Shown one piece after another: positions 49,741 to 63,491 of a stretch of 64,000 bases of DNA. This DNA comes from Felis catus (taxonomy: Eukaryota), in assembly GCF_018350175.1 (NCBI RefSeq), contig NC_058368.1, positions 176,578,001 through 176,642,000 of the forward strand. Direction: 5' to 3'. Below the pieces are notes generated by a model. It did not search any database and was not told the DNA's origin. It was given only the letters and a program-made list of their open reading frames with translations. Each line of letters begins with the position of its first letter. Position 1 is the first letter of the stretch. The position numbers and the translations under genes were made by a program.

Positions 49741-50249
49741 ATCCTTCTTAGTTTCAGAGACACTCCACGCTAACATTTTAGTGTATATACATCCAGTCTT
49801 TTTTTTTTTCTTTTTTTCCTGTGCTGGAGTTAGAAAGGGGCAGAGTTACATTTTAAAGAAGGTATTTTTTAAAGGTTTAAGGAAAGCAGGCTCCTAATCA
49901 AATCTCTACAGTGAAGAGCTGATAGTGCAGAGTGAGTTTATCTCCCACCCCTGCCCCAGTCTCCCTGTTTGCACTCCCTAGAGGTAACAGATGCCATAGC
50001 CTCTTGTAGAGACATCCTGACAGTCTGTGCTTATTACGAGCGCGCGTGTGTGCACGCGTGTGTGATTGATATCACAATGTACCTACCGTTCTGTACGAGC
50101 CATCTTAGCACCCTCAGATGGTGGGTTCCCATGTCAATCAATGCACTCTCCTCCCCACATTGTTCTGGTGGATGGATCGCCTTCACTGATTGAACCAATT
50201 TCCAGTTGTTGGACATTTCAGCTTACCAATTACAAATGATCTTGACCGT

Positions 50250-50440
50250 CTAATGTTGCGAAGCGGACAAACGTTAGGTTCTTTGAGGGGGGAAACGGCC
50301 CTGATTGGGGGTGTTTGCCATTCCTGTGGTGTAAACGTTCCCACCATGGTTGATTTTAAGCTCCTGGAACGTAAAGTCACTGAGCGAGCGCTTTCCCTGA
50401 AGGCCCGTGCGAGCGTGTCCAGCGCAGTGAAACCCCACTG
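50250..50440. mobile_element. MER63-like hAT DNA transposon fossil
   Basis: gccctgattg...gtttgccattcctgtggtgtaaacgttcccaccatggttgattttaagct...gtcactga...ccactg resembles MER63A as recalled. Confidence 0.55.
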
Positions 50441-51859
50441 ATGGCCTTTGGGGCCGTGGTGCACATCCCTAACTCTTTGCAAAGTGAACTGTCTGCCAGA
50501 GCATATGCGTGTTCCCAAGGCTTTTGATGAGAACCCTAGATTGCCCTCCAGAGAGATGTTATCAATTAATACTCCCTCAGTTTAGGTGCTGCCTGTTTAT
50601 CTCACCCCACCCCTCCAACAATGGCTTTTTATCGGGCCTTTTAATCTCACCCATCTGCTAGATAGGGTACTGGCAGTTCATTGCTATTTTCATCTGCGTT
50701 GCTTTTAGTGGGGGAACGTAAAAACAATTTTACAGTGCAGCGAAATTTTACTTGGGCCGCCGTGAAGGGGCACACGGGAGGGGTCCAGGAATCATGGCTT
50801 TGGCGCGTTGCTTCGCTCATTTGTGCGATCAAACAGGAGATCCACTCCCTCACCAAACAGCATCAAAGCTTTCCCCGGAAGTCACCCTGTTGTGTTGCGC
50901 ACCCCCCATCTCGTTCCCATCCCCTACCCCCCTTGCCACCATCACCCTCCGACCTTTGTTTCAGGCAGACGCATCTGGAAATGCCAGAGCCTTCCCTTAG
51001 CCTGCTGCGGGAACTGCCGCTGACTAAGAACCGTGCTTAGAAAAAGTCGAGTTGGGCGGTAGGGAAGACCCGAGGTGCTCTACAGATACAGGGTCCAGGA
51101 GGTGTCCTGGCGGTGGCTATGTGGCCGTAGACAAGTGACTTCATCTTTCTGAGCCTCGGTGTCCTCATTTGCAAAGTGGGGGTGGGAGGTGAGGTCATAA
51201 TAGTACACAATCCGTGCGAGATTGTGTAGGAATTAAATGAACAAGAGCATCTTGAGTGTTTAGCACAGGGCCTGGCGCATAGTAGGTGTGTAACGAATGA
51301 CAATCCTCCTCCTCCTCCGCATCACATTCTCAAAGTGCTGTGTAAACCACAGGGGTCTGTATGAACGTGAAGTAGCCACATCATGAGCCTCCATGTTTCC
51401 TCTAGCTCCTCTGCTCTGGACCAAGAAGGTCCCTGGAGACCTCACTTGTTCAACTCAAAAGCCAGTCTTACCTGAAGTGGGTTGGACCCCGTTTGGGTTC
51501 CTTGAATTCAGCACCTTCATTTGACCAAACACCACTTTTCTTAGAGTGGGGTGATAAGGCTTCTTCTAGGAGTTTCCTTCAATAGGTTCTTCCTGACTTT
51601 GCCTGGGTGGGGCCAGAAGTGCCCTAATGGGACTCCTGCCTCCTGTCTCCTATATCTACCCCGACCCCCAGCCAATTGTTCTGCCCGAGAGAGCCTCAAC
51701 AGTGTTTTAGGACACAACCTCTCACCAATCCATCCATCCATCCATCCATCCACCCACCCACCCATCCATGTCATTCATTCAATAAATTGGTTGCTTAGGT
51801 CCATTCTCAGCTATAACAAATAATCACAGAAGTCACGCGCTTGCTAGGGAGTCTAGTTC

Positions 51860-52350
51860 CAAGCACACTTGGCAATAAAATCCTTACCCTGACCTTCGCC
51901 ATCTGACCCTTGCCCCTTCTCTCTGATCTCATGTTACCATTCTCCCCTCACCTACTGTTCTGGCAATGCAGTCAATTGCACTTCCTTGTGCCCCGAAGCT
52001 ATTTCCCCACTCAGGGCCTTCTTCCATGCTGTTCCCTCAGCACGGAGGGCTCTTGTCTCTCCTCCTTGTCTAGCCTGTTCCTTTTTGTCATTAAGTTTCC
52101 AGATTGAATGGCATTTCCTCTGAGAGGACTTGCCTTGCCCCACCTCAACTGAAATTATGCCCTCTTCAGTATGCTTCTTTGTAAAGATGTGTTTCCTTTG
52201 TGTTCTTACTCCTTTAATGTTTGTCTTTTCTGCAAGAGTGTAAGTTTCATGAGGGTGGGGACCCTGCCTCCTGGGTTCATGGTGGTGGGGCCAGAGCTTA
52301 GAACTATGCCGGGCAACAGATACCCTCAAGATAAATTGTGGAATGAGTGA
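51860..52350 (+). mobile_element. L2 LINE 3' portion
   Basis: ctcagggccttcttccatgctgttccctc...tcctctgagaggacttgcc...gagtgtaagtttcatgagggtgggacc...ataaattgtggaatgagtga. Confidence 0.75.
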
Positions 52351-53164
52351 GGCAGTATTTAGCCAAGGCTCAGTGAGAGAACCAGCATGACGCTGGGATT
52401 CCTTAGAAGACAGATTATCCATCTTCCTTTCCAGATATTCTCAAATCTATAATGGAGGCAGCCAGATGGCAGCTGGTTGGGCAGGGAGGCTCACCGTTGG
52501 GACTTGGGTTGTAGACCTGAGACGCATACTGGCCGCAAAGAATAAATGTGGGGAAGGGTGGGATAAAACGTGAAGCCCCCGCTGTGTCTACCGCAAGGAT
52601 GCTGGTTATGACACAGTGTCCACACTTGTGAGAACCCTTGGGGGAGATTCTTGTCTTAGAACAGCTACCGGATGAATTGGAACCAAGGCTCTGAATTTGG
52701 ATGTTCTGTATTCCAGTCCTTGTGCCACCAGCTGTATGACCGTGGGCAAGGTGTGAACTTTTCTTTCCCCTTTCGTGAAGAAAATAACAGTGCCTCCCTT
52801 GTATAGGTGCATGAGGAGTAGGAAACACCCAGCAGATGCAAACTATTACCGTAATTCTCCTGGGCGGCTGGTTTGTTCGGCGGCACGATCATTGTGGTTT
52901 ATGTCACGGACCGAGTTTCCCTTTTCTCACTAGCTGCTAGGAAGGTCAACCTCAATCTTGTGAACCAGCCACAGCAAATTTCAAGTCTGCTTTTTGTGAC
53001 TAGGCTGTATTCGTGGATCCATTTGTGATCATTTGTTTCTCGCTCTACTATCTACGTGTGTAGCACACAATTTACCTTGTCCTTGAAACTGCCTTTTATC
53101 CTTCCAGTGAGACACCTGGTGCCTTGTACGAGTAGCTTCTGCTCGTCTGTGGCTTTCAGCTCTT

Positions 53165-53385
53165 TTTTTTTTAAATTTTTTAAATGTTTGTTTATTTTTG
53201 AGACAGAGAGAGACAGAGCATGAACGAGGGCGGGGCAGAGAGAGAGGGAGACACAGAATGGGAAGCAGGCTCCAGACTCTGAGCCATCAGCCCAGAGCCC
53301 GACGCGGGGCTCGAACTCACAGACCGCGAGATCGTGACCTGAGCTGAAGTCGGACGCTTAACCGACTGAGCCACCCAGGCGCCCC
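53165..53385 (-). mobile_element. Felid CAN-SINE
   Basis: Full length. TSD tcagctctt (53156-53164 / 53386-53394). Confidence 0.96.
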
Positions 53386-56111
53386 TCAGCTCTTAATGAA
53401 AATGGTAGGTCCCTCAAAAGCAGGGACTATCTTCGAGGTACCTTTTGACCCTCCCCTCCCCTCCCAGTAAGTAGTGCATTCTAAGCTGAATGGATGAGTT
53501 GATGAAACGTTAGAAGGCACGGAACTCGAAGAAGCTCGCTGCCTTAGCCATGAGAGAGGAAATAGCTGACCCAAGAGATCTCTGCTCTTTCAAGTGTACA
53601 TAAAACTAAAAACAACTCCGTGTGGGAAAGGTCAATGACCAATGCACACATTTCCTGTCCTTCTCGATGTCTGGAAGAGGGATGTCTGGAAGAGGAGTGG
53701 ACAAGCAAGGGGGAGGCTCTGGTCCGGGAGACGCCTCACTGGTTGGCCAATAGGAGGAATCAAGCTCCGTTTTCTGGAGTCGCAGAGATCGCACTGGCTT
53801 CCCCACTAACATCTGTATCATCCTCTTCTTTTTGGATGCACAAAACACAGATCACGTATTTCATATGTTCTCAGGAAAAATTGCACGTGTGGGTAACTCG
53901 GGGCCCACCGTCCCACATGGGAACCATCGGTGCACTCTTCTGATGGGCATAAAGTCTTGAGTGCTGTGCCGATCCCAATGCCTGGCCTACCTCACCTACC
54001 TCCGCCTGCCTCTTTGGACATCTGAGGCTGAACCCTGATTGATGGTGATGCTGATGATTCTGGGACCCAGGCAGCCTTTCTTGCCTCCTTGGAGACCCTC
54101 TGCCATCTTGTGCAAACATGGCGGGCCCTCGTGCTCTTGGGGACCCTGTTTTCCGATTTGTAACCTGCAGTCCCTTCTGTGGCAACCCCACTCCCCTCAC
54201 GCACCCATCCCTTCCTCACCCCGTTCACCCGAATCTTTCCCATTCTTTAGACTTGAACCATCTCATCACCTCTGGAAGGCCACCCTGCTCACATGCCCTC
54301 ATGTTGCTCTGTAATTATCTACACACGGCCCTGCCACATACCCAGAGACCACACGCTAGGGGCTCAGAACACGCTTGCTGAATGAATGAGTGAGACAGGG
54401 AATGAACCAACACATAAGCAAGTGGATTCGAGTTGCCTGCGTTGACACGGGCCCAAGAAGCAGAACCCAGGTTTGAATGCAGAACGGAGAAGCCTGTGCT
54501 CGCCTACCCCATCACTCCGGCCAGGGCCTGGGACACGTACTGTCCTGTCTCTCCAGTGCTAGGCTGCGGCCACAAAGCCACTGTGAGGCCGGCCGCCCTC
54601 CATGGGAGGAAGATGTCATGGCACTAGACAGTCACACAGGGCCCCTGAATCATCAGCTGCTTTGACCGAGAGAAGCAGCCTCCCTCGACAAGGAGGCTTT
54701 CTTTTCTCCCCTCCCGCAGCCCCTCCTGCGGCCGTCCCCTCCCTGCTGCGCGCCCCCCTCACCCAAGCTTCTCTCTTTAATTGCCGTTCCAGGGAGCAGG
54801 AAGAATGTCACATTTGTTGCATCTGTTTCTCTGGAAGACTGTGAAGCCGCATTAAAATGTGTGCTCTGTGGGCGTTTGGTAGGCCGGGGCCTCTCTAGCA
54901 GCTTAATAATTGGGGGAAAGAGCCAAGAAAGGGAGAAATGGGAGGGACGGACTGACAGACAAGGAGACACTCAGAGGGAAATGGAGAGACAGAACACAGA
55001 GAGTGACAGAGATTCAGAGACATCGAGAAAGAGAGAAACAGAGGTGGAGGAAGAAGCTGGAGAGAGAGGAAGAGGGAAAGGGAGGGAAACTGAGTCTGCA
55101 GCCATCGCCACCTTCCTCCGATTTCCAGCATTTCTCTAATTGGCCCGGCACAGAGATTTACGAGGGTTTATCCTACACGTTTGCAGCGCCAGGCTGACAA
55201 GATACACACTGGGGTTATTTTCGGGAGCAGTGGCAAAGTGCTTGTGGAAGCCTTGCTGGCCAGGGGCCCTGAGGGCCTGCTGCCCCCCTCCCTCGTCCCT
55301 CCCGTTTCCCCGATTTCTCCAAGGAGCCACCAGGGCTCGCTCATCCCCGAGTGGCCTTGGCTGGGAGGTGGCCCTCTGTGTGGGCCGGGCTGGTTGGCGG
55401 GGGCAGCCTGTCCTGCTGAGCAGGACGCTGGGCATAAGCCAGGGGTGGCAGGGGTGGGGACACGTGTGAGGTCGAGAAGCCTAGAGGTGGAGGCAGGAGG
55501 TTGGGAAAGTCGAGGTGCAGCCCAGGGGCTCTGGGATGGAATGTTCAGTGAATGCACTCTGTTATCACCACTGCCCCATGAGGTGAGAGTTCTCAATCCC
55601 CCCATTTCACAGGGAAGGGGTTTGCCTGAGGGCACACAGCCAGGGAGCTTTGGAAGAAGCAGAATGGATATTTGACAACTGGCCCCTCAGCAGCCATCTT
55701 CCAGCTCCCTCTCCTTGCAACCCCTGTTTCCGTTTAGGAATCTGTGTGGTTTGGGATGCCGACTCCATGCAGGGTGCGGGATGATCCAGTCTAAGCATGG
55801 GGACTCATTCTTCCCTTCTGGCGACAGTGGCTAGTGCAGTGGGCAGGAGGCCGAGCCCCAAGGATCATGATGCCTGGCCAAGGGACCCGGACTGGGTCCT
55901 ATGGGGGCAAAGGTGTCTCAGAAGATTCTAAGCAGGGACTAGAGAGGGGCAGGGGGTCAGGCCAGTGTTGAGGAAACAAAAGGGAGCCTCTCCCAGAGCA
56001 TCTACAGCAGACAGTGTGTTGGCGACATCTATGCTGTGATACTTAATACCCAGACAAGCATACACATATACTCCCTTTTCTTATACATAGAGAATTGTAC
56101 TTCTACAACTT

Positions 56112-56237
56112 TTTTTTTAAGTAGGCTCCACGCCCAGCACGGAGCCCAACACAGCACGCGAACTTGACCCTTAGACCAAGACCCGAGCTGACATCAAGAG
56201 TCAGAACACCTAACCGATGGGGCCACCCAGGCACCCC
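56112..56237 (-). mobile_element. Short, older CAN-SINE lacking the (CT)n segment
   Basis: Reverse of ggggtgcctgggtggcccc...; ends ttaagtaggctccacgcccagc. TSD acaactt on both sides. Confidence 0.8.
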
Positions 56238-56266
56238 ACAACTTGTTTTTTAAAAACAGTTTTATT

Positions 56267-56491
56267 GGGGCGCCTGGGTGGCTCAGTCGGTGAAGCGTCC
56301 AACTTCGGCTCAGGTCATGGTCTCGCGGTCCGTGAGTTCGAGCCCCGCGGCGGGCTCTGTGCTGACAGCTCGGAGCCTGGAGCCTGTTTCAGATTCTGTG
56401 TCTCCCTCTCTCTCTGACCCTCCCCCGTTCATGCTCTCTCTCTGTCTCAAAAATAAATAAAGGTTAAATAAATAAATAAATAAATAAAATA
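56267..56491 (+). mobile_element. Felid CAN-SINE with (AAAT)n tail
   Basis: A-box tggctcagtcggt and B-box gagttcgagcc. TSD aaaacagttttatt / aaaagagttttatt; inserted in the tail of an L1. Confidence 0.96.
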
Positions 56492-57205
56492 AAAAGAGTT
56501 TTATTGAAATAGAATTCCCATACCATAAGATCCACCTGCTTTCAAGTGTATAATTCAATGGTTTTTAGCATAGAGCTGTGTAACCATCGCCTCAATCAAC
56601 TGAAGAATATTTCCAGTGCTCTGAAAACCCCTGCACCCCTGAGCCATCAGCCCCTCTGTAGCCCAGTCCTGCACAAGTGCTGATCTGCTTCCCACGTCTA
56701 TAGATTTGCCTGTTCTGGGCCTTTCGTGTAGATGGAATCTTATGATTTGTGGTCCTTCGTGACTGGTTTCTTTCGCTTAGCCTTGCGTGTTCAAGGTTCA
56801 TCCATGCAGTAATATGGAGAAACGCTTCTTTCCTTTGTAGGATTGATTAATAGTTCATTGCGTGGCTATACCACGTTTTTTAATCCATTCTTCGGTTGGT
56901 GGGCATTTGGGTTCTTTCTTCCTTTGGCTCTTATGAATAAAGCTGCTAGAACATTCAGGCGCAAGCTTTGGTGTGGCCACAGGCTCTCATTCCCCACGGG
57001 GAATATACTTAGGCGTGGAATTGCTGGGTCCTACGGTAACTCTCCGTTTAACTGTGTCATTGCCAAATTGTTTTCCACGGCAGCTGCACCATTTTCCGTT
57101 CCCATCAGCCACATATGAGGGCTCCATACGTTCCTCGTATTATTATCTTTTTGGTTATGGCCATCCTAGGTGTGGTGGTATCTCATTATGGTTCTGATTA
57201 GCAAC
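56492..57205 (-). mobile_element. L1MB-type 3' UTR
   Basis: ttttattgaaatagaattcccataccata...aagtgtataattcaatggtttttagc...tagatttgcctgttctgg...ggaattgctgggtc...ggccatcctaggtgtggtggtatctcatt. Confidence 0.85.
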
Positions 57206-57859
57206 GGACTTTTTTTGGGGGGGGGGATGAACACCTCTAGGGCAGGGGAGGGCTCCTGATCAGGTTCTACTCTGGCCGCTAGGGAGGTATTTGGAGGAGA
57301 CCTCCCAGCCCCTGGCTAGTATCCCCTCAGTGGCATGGAGAGGGCTCCCTCCCAAGTTCTAGCCCCAGTTCTGCCCCTGATATGCTGTGTGACCTTAGGG
57401 CAAGGCACAGAACTTCTCTGGGCCTCCTTCTCCACACCTGGAAAACCCGAGGCTTGGACTAAGTTCCCTGCACCCTGCTTTCCTATCCCATCCCGTCCTT
57501 ACTCGATAATCACCCTTCTCACCTTAGCAGCTGCACTAAAAACCTTTTTCCTTGCCATCTCTATTGCAGACCCTTTGCTCTACTTCATGACCTCATTTAC
57601 CCCTCCCAGCAATCTTGGGATGTAGGTCCAGCTGGGTTTATGGTCTGATTGGAGGGTCAGAAAGGGTAAGGCACCAGCCCATGGGTGCCCAGAAGGTATG
57701 CTATGTGGTCAGCCAGAGCCAGACTTCATCTCTGGTTCTGCACCCTCCTGGGCAAGTGACCTTGGGCAGGGGACATCATTTCACGCAACCTCAGGTTCCC
57801 CTCCATAAAGACAAGATGATAAGTGTTGTGGGAAATCCGCCTGCCCCTCCAGGCCCACT

Positions 57860-58200
57860 GCCCACCCCGCTCTGAGCCCCAGCATCTGACCTCCATCGAG
57901 GTATGGCCCAGGCCCCGGTACCCTCTGACTCCTGCTTGGGTTGGCCAATAAAAGGCTTCAGTGGTGCTCAGAGGATGGGAGGAGAGAATATTTATTCCCC
58001 TGGCTTCCTCCTTGCTCGGTCGGCAGGGGGTGGCGGCGGCCACTCTCCTTTAAAGAAGGCTACAGCTCCTTTTACCTCCCGCCTTGCCTTGCCAGGCCCG
58101 CGGAGGGAACAGTTCTCCACAGTTGGCAGGCCCAGCGGTCCCTCTTCCATCTCCCCTCTGTTGGGTCCCTGACCGATTCGGGGACCCCCTTCCCACAGAG
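57860..58200. mobile_element. LTR33-like ERVL LTR remnant
   Basis: ccctctgactcctgcttgggttggccaata...gggaggagagaatatttattcccctggcttcctcc...gaaggctacagctcct resembles LTR33 as recalled. Confidence 0.6.
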
Positions 58201-58811
58201 CTAAGAAACAGCATGAATGAGAAAATGATCCCCCTTGGTTGGTCCCATTCCCTGTATCCAGAGCACCCTCCCCACCTGACACCTGCCTCTCCTGGTGGCC
58301 TTGAGGAAGGTGCTCCTATTGTGGAGCTGGCTACCAGAAAGTTCCAGAACCTGAGGATCCTGCCAGCCTTGAATTTTGGCACCAGATTGATCTCAGCAAT
58401 CGGAAAGAAACTGGATTGAAGGGCTTGGTTCCAGGGGATGAAACTGCTCCTGGGACTGGGCAGACTGCCCACACAGTGTGTCCCCCACAACAGCCTGCTC
58501 ATAAATGGCACACACCCTCACACCCACAAACAGCACACACGCCACACCCCATAACCATCAAACATCACACACACCGAACCCGGCATACACACCTCTCACG
58601 TTCTCAATAACATCGCACAAAACACACCTCTGTCTGTGACACACACACCCGGGGAATCATCCACCCTCGCCCCCACACAGGTAGACACCCAACCCTGGCC
58701 TCCTGCCAAGGACACCGCAGTGGAATAGGCAGGGGAAAGTCCGGTCTAGATGTCTGGAAAATCAGGCTCAGGGAGATCAGCCTAGGCCACAGGGCTGGTG
58801 TGTATTTGCCT

Positions 58812-58837
58812 GCGTGTGTGTGTGTGTGTGTGTGTGT
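58812..58837. repeat. (TG)n microsatellite
   Basis: Read directly. Confidence 0.9.
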
Positions 58838-60972
58838 CTGGGCATGTGTGGGTCTGAGATGTGTGTGTACCTTATACCCTACCTGGCAGGGGAGAGGGAG
58901 GCCATGGTGAACCCTGAGGCCCAGAATAACTGAGGCAACCTGCCTTCAACCCACCCAGGACAGACCCTCCAGTGCTGTGAGGGAATAAAAGCCTTATCCC
59001 AAGAGGCCGTGGTTTCCTCACCTGAGTGCTCCTGTCCCTAGAAGAGAGGCAGAGGGGGCAGTGGACCTGCGTCTGAAACGCTTCGGGCCACCTATTGTGA
59101 AGGCTCCCCTCCTCCTGGCTGACAGGTAGCCCATAGCACACAGCTTGGTCAAAGAGTGTGAGTTGGGCTCCAGTCCCATGGGGCCTTGTGCCCAGGCGAC
59201 ACCGTGGCCCTGACAGCCCCTGCTGGCTGAGTGAGCCTGAGCAAGCCCCTTCATCCTGAGCCACAGTTTCTCCATCTATAAAATGGGGAGATTTACAGAG
59301 ATGAAGTGAAAAGATGTAAGGCCTGTGGAAGCCCAGGCCCACAGCAGGTGCTCAGGAATTTAGGGTTTCTCCGGAACCCCTCGGAGCTATCCAGAGCACA
59401 GAAGTGGAAGGAGGTGGCTGTGAAAGGAGTAAATCTTGCAGTCAGAGTGAAGGTGTCAAGGATGTGGCCTACAAGCTGGGGACTAGGGGCCTAAGCAGCG
59501 GAAGCTTCACCCAGGGGCTCCGGCCTCCCTGTTTGGCATTCCCGTCAGCACCCTGGAAAGGAGAAGGGGGCAGAAAGAGCCAACCGTGTGCCAGACGTCT
59601 GCTGGCGCTTGGGCACCATCATCAGTCGCTTCACAAGTGACCTTTCCCTGGGGAAAAGGTATTATCACTCCCGTCTTACAACTGAGGAGGTTGAGCCAAA
59701 GAGAAGGCAAGTCACGTCTGGCCACACCGCTCGCAACTCACCAAGCGGGGATCGGGAGCTGGTTGTGTTAACCAGGTGTTTCTGGTGCTTTGATATCTGG
59801 GGCCTCTGCCATCTTGACCCTGGAGAGATCGCCCCTAGCCAATTCCTAGGATGGTAAACCCCTCACCTCTAGTATGCCCTCCATATATATCCAAGCCCGC
59901 CAAGCCAGCACCCACCCCTCCCCCACCTCTCACACTCAGGGCCTCTAGCCAGCCCCCCACAGATCCCAGGCACCTAACGCAGCCCCTACACCCAAGGCTT
60001 AATCAAAGCCATCCTTATTCTGGCCAGTCCTAAGCCTGCTTACTCGCTTTGCCCATTCCTTCCTGCCGAAACCCCCAGAGAGGCTCTTGCCCACCTTTTC
60101 TCGCTCCTCTCTGCCCCACGACAGGCCCTGTGCTCACCCTGCGTGGCACGGCGTGCCCTCTCCTCTTGGGGGCTGTGAGTGACCACCTATCTTTTCAGTG
60201 GCGGTCATCTCCTGATGTTGCTGTATCCAAAGAGTGAGAAAACCTATATTTTAAAACACTGAATAATAGCTGATTCCCATGTGATCATCTTACCACACCG
60301 CCTGAGTTCCTCTCCCAGGGGCAGTGCCCCTTGACTTTGCCTCTGTGTGAGGTGTGAATGGCTTCCTGCGTCTCTGTCTTGTGTCCTAATTCACCGTGGT
60401 TTGGACGGCTGTGTCCCCTGACACTGTCCCCAGAGCCCCACTCTGGGCGTATCTGCCTAATGTCTACCCCCTCCACAGATCATAAACCCCACGGGGGCGG
60501 GACATAGTAGGTGCTTAAGAAGCATCTGTGCTATTGCCCAAGTCCATTTCCTCATCGCACCCTCCTAGCCACTCTCTTGAGGCAGCTGGGAATGGATTTT
60601 TTGGACCCATTTTGCAGAGTTGGAAACAGAAGCCTAGGGAAGTGACAAGGCGTTCCCACGGCCACACGGCAGGCCAGAGGCAGAACAGGGATGCGGATCT
60701 AGGCCTAAGCCTCTGAAGTCTGTGGATGTTTTCTTGGCAAGTGTGCCTTCACGGTCTTTTTTCCAGCCTTCTCACTGCAGGGGACAGGCTTGTACTCGGC
60801 CATTCTAAGAACGATAAAAGGGAGAGGCCAGTCAGGCCACAGGGAGGGGACAGGATCAGGAGCCAGGGCTGGAGCACTGGGGGAAGATGGCCCTTGAAAT
60901 AAAGTTGAAAAGAAGACCTGATTTATACATTTATAAATAGAAAAATAATCCCGAGTAAAACAACAGCTGTCC

Positions 60973-61003
<31 letters not shown>

Positions 61004-62949
61004 GGTAGTGTTTGGTGATTCCCAAAAGCAAGCTCTTGGGGGATGCTGTTAGCTTTGGAGTTTCCCTACTCTGCCCCCCCCCCACTTCCCTGGCCAGGGG
61101 CCTGGTCCCCTCTTCTCCTTAGACTCACCCTCGGAGAATGTATGCCCCTGGTAGGTCCCAGGGTGAGTTCTGCAGCGGCCTCCTTAGCTGCCCCTCCCTG
61201 GACATCGCTGCACATATCAGTGGAAGGATGGATGGATGCAAGGACAAACGGACAGGTTTTTCCCAAGTCTCCTTCCCAGTGAGATCCTCCCTGGCCTCCC
61301 CATGTAGGATGACCACCCCTCCTCTAGCCTGGCAGCCCCCTCCCCACGGCCCCCGCCTCTGCCCTCTTCTCTCTCTAGTACCTTCCGCATTCCGATAGAC
61401 TCAGACATTTTCTGTCCACGATTGCTGGTCTCCCACATTTGCACCGAGCCTCGCTGAGGGCAGCGCTCTTGGTCTATTTCACCCACTGGCTAAGCCACAA
61501 CGTGAATGACAGAATCTGCTTTTGAGTCTGTCCTCCAGGGCATCAGATGGTCATTCCCGCCGAATGTCCTCAGCCACCCCATTCGCCAGGCTGTCTGCCT
61601 CTCTCCGAAGCTGCTTTCGCATGCCCCACCCGGAGAAGGAAGCTGGCTGCCACCTGTCTTGCCTTCCTCTCTCTCTCATCCCACCTCCAAGCCACCATTT
61701 GGCCTCCAGGACCTTCCTCCGACAACTTCCTCTCTCCATCCCCACTCACCTCCTCACTAGCCTCCCTCCCTCCAGGCCACCCTCAGCATCCTCTCTGCAG
61801 CCAGAGTGCCATTTGGAAGATGCAGATCTGACCTTATTAGTCCTCTGACTAAAACCTTTCTCCCTGCCCAGAAGGAAGCCCAGGTTCCTTAACATCTTTG
61901 CAAAGACTCTGTGGCTGTCCCCCATCCCAAGCTCCCGCCACTGTTCACTCCTGGCTTTGTCTCACTGCTGAGCCTTTGCCCGTGTTGTTCCCCTTCCGAG
62001 GGTCTCTGACTCCTTATTCTTGAGTCCAGACGGCTCCTGCTCCAGGAAGTCTCTTCCCCCACCACGGCTCCTCCGTGGTAAGGACATACCTCCTTAGCCC
62101 CAGAAATTTACAACCTGTTCATTTTCCTTGGTCCAGCTGTGGGTGCCGTGGGGGCAGGGACCCCACCTTTTCTGCTTCTTCTAAAGCCACTGACCTATCT
62201 TGGGCCTGGTGCATCAAAGGGACTCCGGTCTCAGTTACTGATCTACACCAAGGTGAAATAAACCGAACTGAACTGAATGAATCCAATCTAAGTGATTGAT
62301 TCAACCAGGAATTCAAGATACAGCAGCCAAAGACGTTTTTAATCATTTTGGAACATCGTGGCAACCAAGACCCTCATTTACAGATGGAGAAACTGAGGCC
62401 CAGAGATAGGAAATGTCAGGGTTCAGACTACACTTTCAAACTCATTTCTCCCGATACAGGACTTTTTCTTTCTTACTTTGAGACTATGGCTGTAAGGATC
62501 TGCTGTTCCTCCAAGTCTTCTGGCCGTAGGAAGACCTCAAGGCAGCATAAGGGAGCAGAGAAAAGCTCAGAGAAGCAAAGTAACTCAACTAACGTCACAC
62601 AGCTAGGAGGCAGTGCAGCTGGGATTGAAACCGAGACCCATTTGACCAGAGTCCCTCCATGGGCTGTAAAACACCGGTCATATCAAGGGGCAGGAGATTG
62701 ACCTAAAATAGTCTTATTCTGAAATTCTGCCTTCAGTCTGTGTATCCTTTCCAGCTCAAGTCATGTCCAGGTACAGCTAATGGAGTGACAGACTACTCAC
62801 CTGCTTGCCCATCTGTCAGTTCCCGCTCCTTAACCGTGGGGCTCAGACAACTTCAGAAGCCTCCTGGGTATGCCCGAGGCAGCCAATATTTGTCTGATGT
62901 CCCAGTCAGGCTAATTTAGGCCAGAGATGCTTTTTTTCTTTTAGCTTTA

Positions 62950-63490
62950 AATAGATAAAGAGCTCTTACAGACAACCCAAAAGAAAACAGAGCAAAGAAC
63001 ATGAACAGGCAAGTCACAGAATAAGACACCCCAAATGGCTAATAAAAGCATGAAGACAGCATCCATTACACTAATAATTTTGTAGATGTAAATTAAAATT
63101 TCAACCAGATGTCATTGTAAAGCCATCAAATCAGCAGAGATTAAGATCAGAGCTTGCAAACTCGGAATCTGCAAAAGCAGGCAGGTCTCACAAATGGAGC
63201 AAGAGCCAGGAAAGATCACAAGGAACCAGCTTCTAGAAGGAGCAGGCCTCTGGCAGCTGTGATCATCCCCGGGAAGACCCTGGGCAGCCAGATTGCTTTA
63301 GTTGTCAACCACAGTCAGAAATCAAATTTTTATGAGGATGTGATTTTTTTTTATTGTTGGCCATTGCTTCAAAGTTAGACACAGTAAATTCTACTTTTAG
63401 AAATAATCGGATAAATGCATAAAATTGCATCTGTAAGACAATTTATAGTAGCACTAACTAGAACAGTGAAAGACCAGAATCAACTAACGT
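62950..63490 (+). mobile_element. Old L1ME-type fragments
   Basis: gcaaagaacatgaacaggcaagtcacaga...caaatggctaataaaagcatgaagac...gtaaattaaaa. Confidence 0.6.
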
Positions 63491-63491
63491 C

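Noticed and set aside
58510..58870. Fold-back between a CA-rich tract and a downstream TG-rich tract
   Set aside because: Only low-complexity complementarity; no specific stem and no evidence of transcription.
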